A DNA stretch of 43,197 bases, taken from IMG/VR virus record IMGVR_UViG_3300029360_000019; one strand, written 5' to 3'. The position numbers were made by a program, and so were the translations under genes. Under the pieces are notes generated by a model. That model had not been told where the DNA came from and searched no databases. It was given only the letters and a program-made list of their open reading frames with translations. Positions 41,085 through 43,197 of the stretch are shown one piece after another (the first letter of the stretch is position 1; the number at the start of each line of letters is the position of its first letter). Origin of the DNA: a virus.

Positions 41085-41360
41085 TTAGGAATTGAATGCA
41101 TCCGCCAGTTTTTGGTATGCGCGGCGGCGCAATTTGTAAAATCCATCTACGCTGATATGTAGTTTTGCCGCCGTCTGTACGCAGGTGCGGCCAAAAATGT
41201 CCACGTCAATTACACAGGTTTCCTCGTCTTCCGGTAGCCCTACCGCACGGATTGTTTCTGTGGCGCGGCATGGTGCCATAGTGGATAGTTTTTTGCGGAT
41301 TCTTTTGTGCTGATCTATCATTTCCCACGGTGTGCCGTGGAGGTGCGGATGTTTATGCAC
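41085..41360 (-). CDS. Small protein with sigma-70 region-4-like HTH
   Basis: RTCVQTAAKLHISVDGFYKLRRRAYQKLA. The start codon is uncertain (GTG 41360 lacks an RBS). Confidence 0.5.
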   Translation of the reverse strand: MHKHPHLHGTPWEMIDQHKRIRKKLSTMAPCRATETIRAVGLPEDEETCVIDVDIFGRTCVQTAAKLHISVDGFYKLRRRAYQKLADAFNS

Positions 41361-41418
41361 GGGCGTGAGGCCGGCGTAGCGGTGTCCTCTGCGCCCTCCA
41401 GTGGATTTATTTTATCCT

Positions 41419-42228
41419 TTATTTCAGCAGAAAATTCCAGCTGGCGGCACCGAGGATGCCATCCACGCCGAGGTCGTGGTCAGCCTGCATCCGGCGCAGA
41501 CCGGCCTCCATCTTGGGGCCAAAGAGCTTGTCACCGCTCCAGATCTCGTCAGGGTAATAGCCCTTGTCCTTCATCAGCAGCATGGCAGCCCGGACGTCGT
41601 TGCCCTCCATGCCACGGCGCAGCATACGCAGTTCCATGTTGATCGTCTCCTCCTTCGTCGTCGGTGCGGGTGCGGGCTGCTCGTTCAGCAGCGCCTTGAC
41701 GCTGGCCTTGAACGCCTCCCACTCCGCATTGTTCTTCCCTGCCATCTGCCGGGGGCAGGACTTCCCGGTCACGTCGTAGTGCCGCAGGACGTAGGTGTCC
41801 ACGCCGGAGATGCCCAGCAGCTTGCACAGCTCCGCCGTCAGTGCCGCAGCGTTGGCCTTGGTGCGCTCGGAAACATGGTAGTTTCCGGAGCAGCACATCT
41901 CGATCGAGATACTGTTGGTGTTGCGGCAAGACGGGTGTACGGGGTTATTAGAGCCTACCGCCCACGCCCGGTCACAGGCCGGTACGGACTGGTAGATGCT
42001 GTCCTCATCCACGAAGTAGTGTGCGCTGGCCTCCCGGTCGCCGCCTGCGAAATACTTGCAGTTGGCCTTGGCGGTGTCGCTGACGTTGCCCGTGTAGTGC
42101 AGCACCACAAAGGCCACGTCCCGCCCGCCCAGCCGGTCATAGGTCTCCTTGCTGGCCGGGATGCTGGTGTTGATGGGGATGCCGCCCGCCTTGGCGATGG
42201 GATATGCGGCAGTAATGCGCTTACCCAT
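41419..42228 (-). CDS. Endolysin: N-acetylmuramoyl-L-alanine amidase (Amidase_2/PGRP type) plus PG_binding_1-like C-terminal domain
   Basis: VVLHYTGN...SAHYFVD...ISIEMC...LRHYDVTGKSCP amidase pattern. C-terminal LRRGMEGNDVRAAMLLMKDKGYY...DGILGAASW repeat. Confidence 0.9.
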   Translation of the reverse strand: MGKRITAAYPIAKAGGIPINTSIPASKETYDRLGGRDVAFVVLHYTGNVSDTAKANCKYFAGGDREASAHYFVDEDSIYQSVPACDRAWAVGSNNPVHPSCRNTNSISIEMCCSGNYHVSERTKANAAALTAELCKLLGISGVDTYVLRHYDVTGKSCPRQMAGKNNAEWEAFKASVKALLNEQPAPAPTTKEETINMELRMLRRGMEGNDVRAAMLLMKDKGYYPDEIWSGDKLFGPKMEAGLRRMQADHDLGVDGILGAASWNFLLK

Positions 42229-42231
42229 ATC

Positions 42232-42504
42232 TCACTCCCCCTTGCTCAGCTGCTTGACAGCCTGATTGATGCCGGTGGCCGCCAGACCGCTGACGATGCC
42301 CACGGCAATGGCGGTGATGGGGTCGCCCGCCGGGAAGTCCGGGATGGGTGCCAGATAGTAGCTGACAGCCCCCAGCAGACCGCCGCAGACCCCGCACAGG
42401 ATGGGGATCCACTTGTCGTTCATGCTGCTGGCCTTGCCCACCAGACCCACGAGGTAGGTGATGACGGTGATGACCGCCACGCTTGCGATGCCAAAAGTTT
42501 CCAT
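42232..42504 (-). CDS. Holin
   Basis: Start ATG 42504 behind AAGGAGAA. 90 aa with three hydrophobic segments. Immediately upstream of the endolysin. Confidence 0.8.
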   Translation of the reverse strand: METFGIASVAVITVITYLVGLVGKASSMNDKWIPILCGVCGGLLGAVSYYLAPIPDFPAGDPITAIAVGIVSGLAATGINQAVKQLSKGE

Positions 42505-42609
42505 AATTTCTCCTTTCCGTGCCCGATTCGGGCACACAAAAAATGTTGACAAGTCTTTGTTTATCGGTTTAGTCGGTATTGTACATTCACTACAGTCTCC
42601 TTTCTTTTT

Positions 42610-43197
42610 TTAATTCTCCGTATAATCGTAAATGATGGTGGCCTTGCTCGCACCCCAAGGAGCATTTGCTACTTGCCCCTGCGACCACGGAACATAGATG
42701 GTGGTTAGGTTGGAGCACCCGTTAAATGCAGAAGAGTGGATGGTCTTTGGGTTTCCCTCGAATGTAATACTTGTTAGCCCGGTGCAATTAGCAAACACAC
42801 CGAAACCAATGTTCGTTATCCCAGGTGGCAGCCTAGTTATTGCCAGGTTGCGGCAACCATTGAACGCATAGTAACCGATGCGTGTTATTCCAGACGGCAG
42901 ACTAGTTAGTGCAAGTTTGGGGCAGCTTTGAAACGCATAGCTACCGATATTTGTCATGCCAGACGGCAAGCTGGTTAATGCAAGGTTGGGGCAATTATTA
43001 AACGCATAGTCACTGATGCTTGTTACCCCAGACGGCAGGCTGGTTAATGCAAGGTTGGGACAACCGCTAAACGCACTGTAACCAATGGTCGTCAAATCAC
43101 CCGGAAGTGTAGGGCTGACAGCCGTGCGTTCTATCACTGCCTTGAAGCTGCCGCCACCCTCCAAAGTTCCGGTCACGCCGCCGATCACCACATCCTT
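42610..43197 (-). CDS. 3-prime part of the BspA-type LRR protein gene (see 1..357)
   Basis: Six 23-aa units of the LPSG.T.I..YAF..C..L type (LRR_5-like). The ORF runs off the window end and resumes at base 123 of the overlap. Confidence 0.8.
   Translation of the reverse strand, partial: KDVVIGGVTGTLEGGGSFKAVIERTAVSPTLPGDLTTIGYSAFSGCPNLALTSLPSGVTSISDYAFNNCPNLALTSLPSGMTNIGSYAFQSCPKLALTSLPSGITRIGYYAFNGCRNLAITRLPPGITNIGFGVFANCTGLTSITFEGNPKTIHSSAFNGCSNLTTIYVPWSQGQVANAPWGASKATIIYDYTEN
42694..43107 (-). repeat. Six tandem 69-bp LRR-coding units
   Basis: Neighbouring units share long identical nucleotide runs, e.g. AGACGGCA.GCTGGTTAATGCAAGGTTGGG. Confidence 0.8.

Noticed and set aside
40826-41146. 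106-codon minus-strand ORF between the sigma-like gene and the cargo operon
   Set aside because: It spans the terminator at 41041-41084 and a second hairpin, and has no RBS. The interval instead contains a well-initiated 46-codon ORF in another frame (40795..40935).

Overview
The window is one complete, circularly closed genome of a temperate siphovirus-type phage. The host looks Gram-positive and Clostridia-like, inferred from GGAGG-type ribosome-binding sites and from the lysis, replication and integration protein families. Bases 1-123 repeat exactly at 43075-43197, giving about 43,074 unique bp. A tRNA 3-prime half next to a tyrosine integrase indicates the excised attP form rather than an integrated prophage. 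Nearly all genes are on the minus strand. In transcription order they run as follows. (1) A Cro-like gene at 33604. (2) The early/replication region down to 21978: Xis-like HTH, ERF annealase, NinB-like protein, SSB, replisome organizer with a 7-bp tandem array, DnaC-like loader, two DNA methyltransferases, a Lar-like protein, many small Zn-ribbon proteins, a DUF5664-like dNTP pyrophosphohydrolase-type protein and a late-regulator candidate. (3) A 565-bp ORF-free, highly structured leader with a bidirectional terminator. (4) Packaging and morphogenesis: terS, terL, portal, MuF, scaffold, HK97-type capsid, connectors, major tail, chaperones, tape measure, Tal-like protein and fibre. (5) An LRR protein, holin and amidase endolysin. 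(6) An eight-gene cargo operon, then attP. The plus strand carries the lysogeny module (CI-like repressor, membrane-tethered HTH protein, integrase) and two isolated morons. The most notable observations are: a cytosine-5 methyltransferase whose motifs are circularly permuted (III-VIII, frame break, TRD-IX-X-I-II); the cargo operon of unknown function between the lysis genes and attP; a pseudoknotted about 260-nt RNA-like element plus an antisense small transcript upstream of terS; a promoter-to-terminator non-coding unit inside the immunity switch; a P22-immI-like RHH/antirepressor cassette with its own terminator inside the late operon; and a MuF protein with a toxin-like C-terminal extension followed by a small acidic immunity candidate. 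All functional calls rest on motif recognition by eye. No database search was run.
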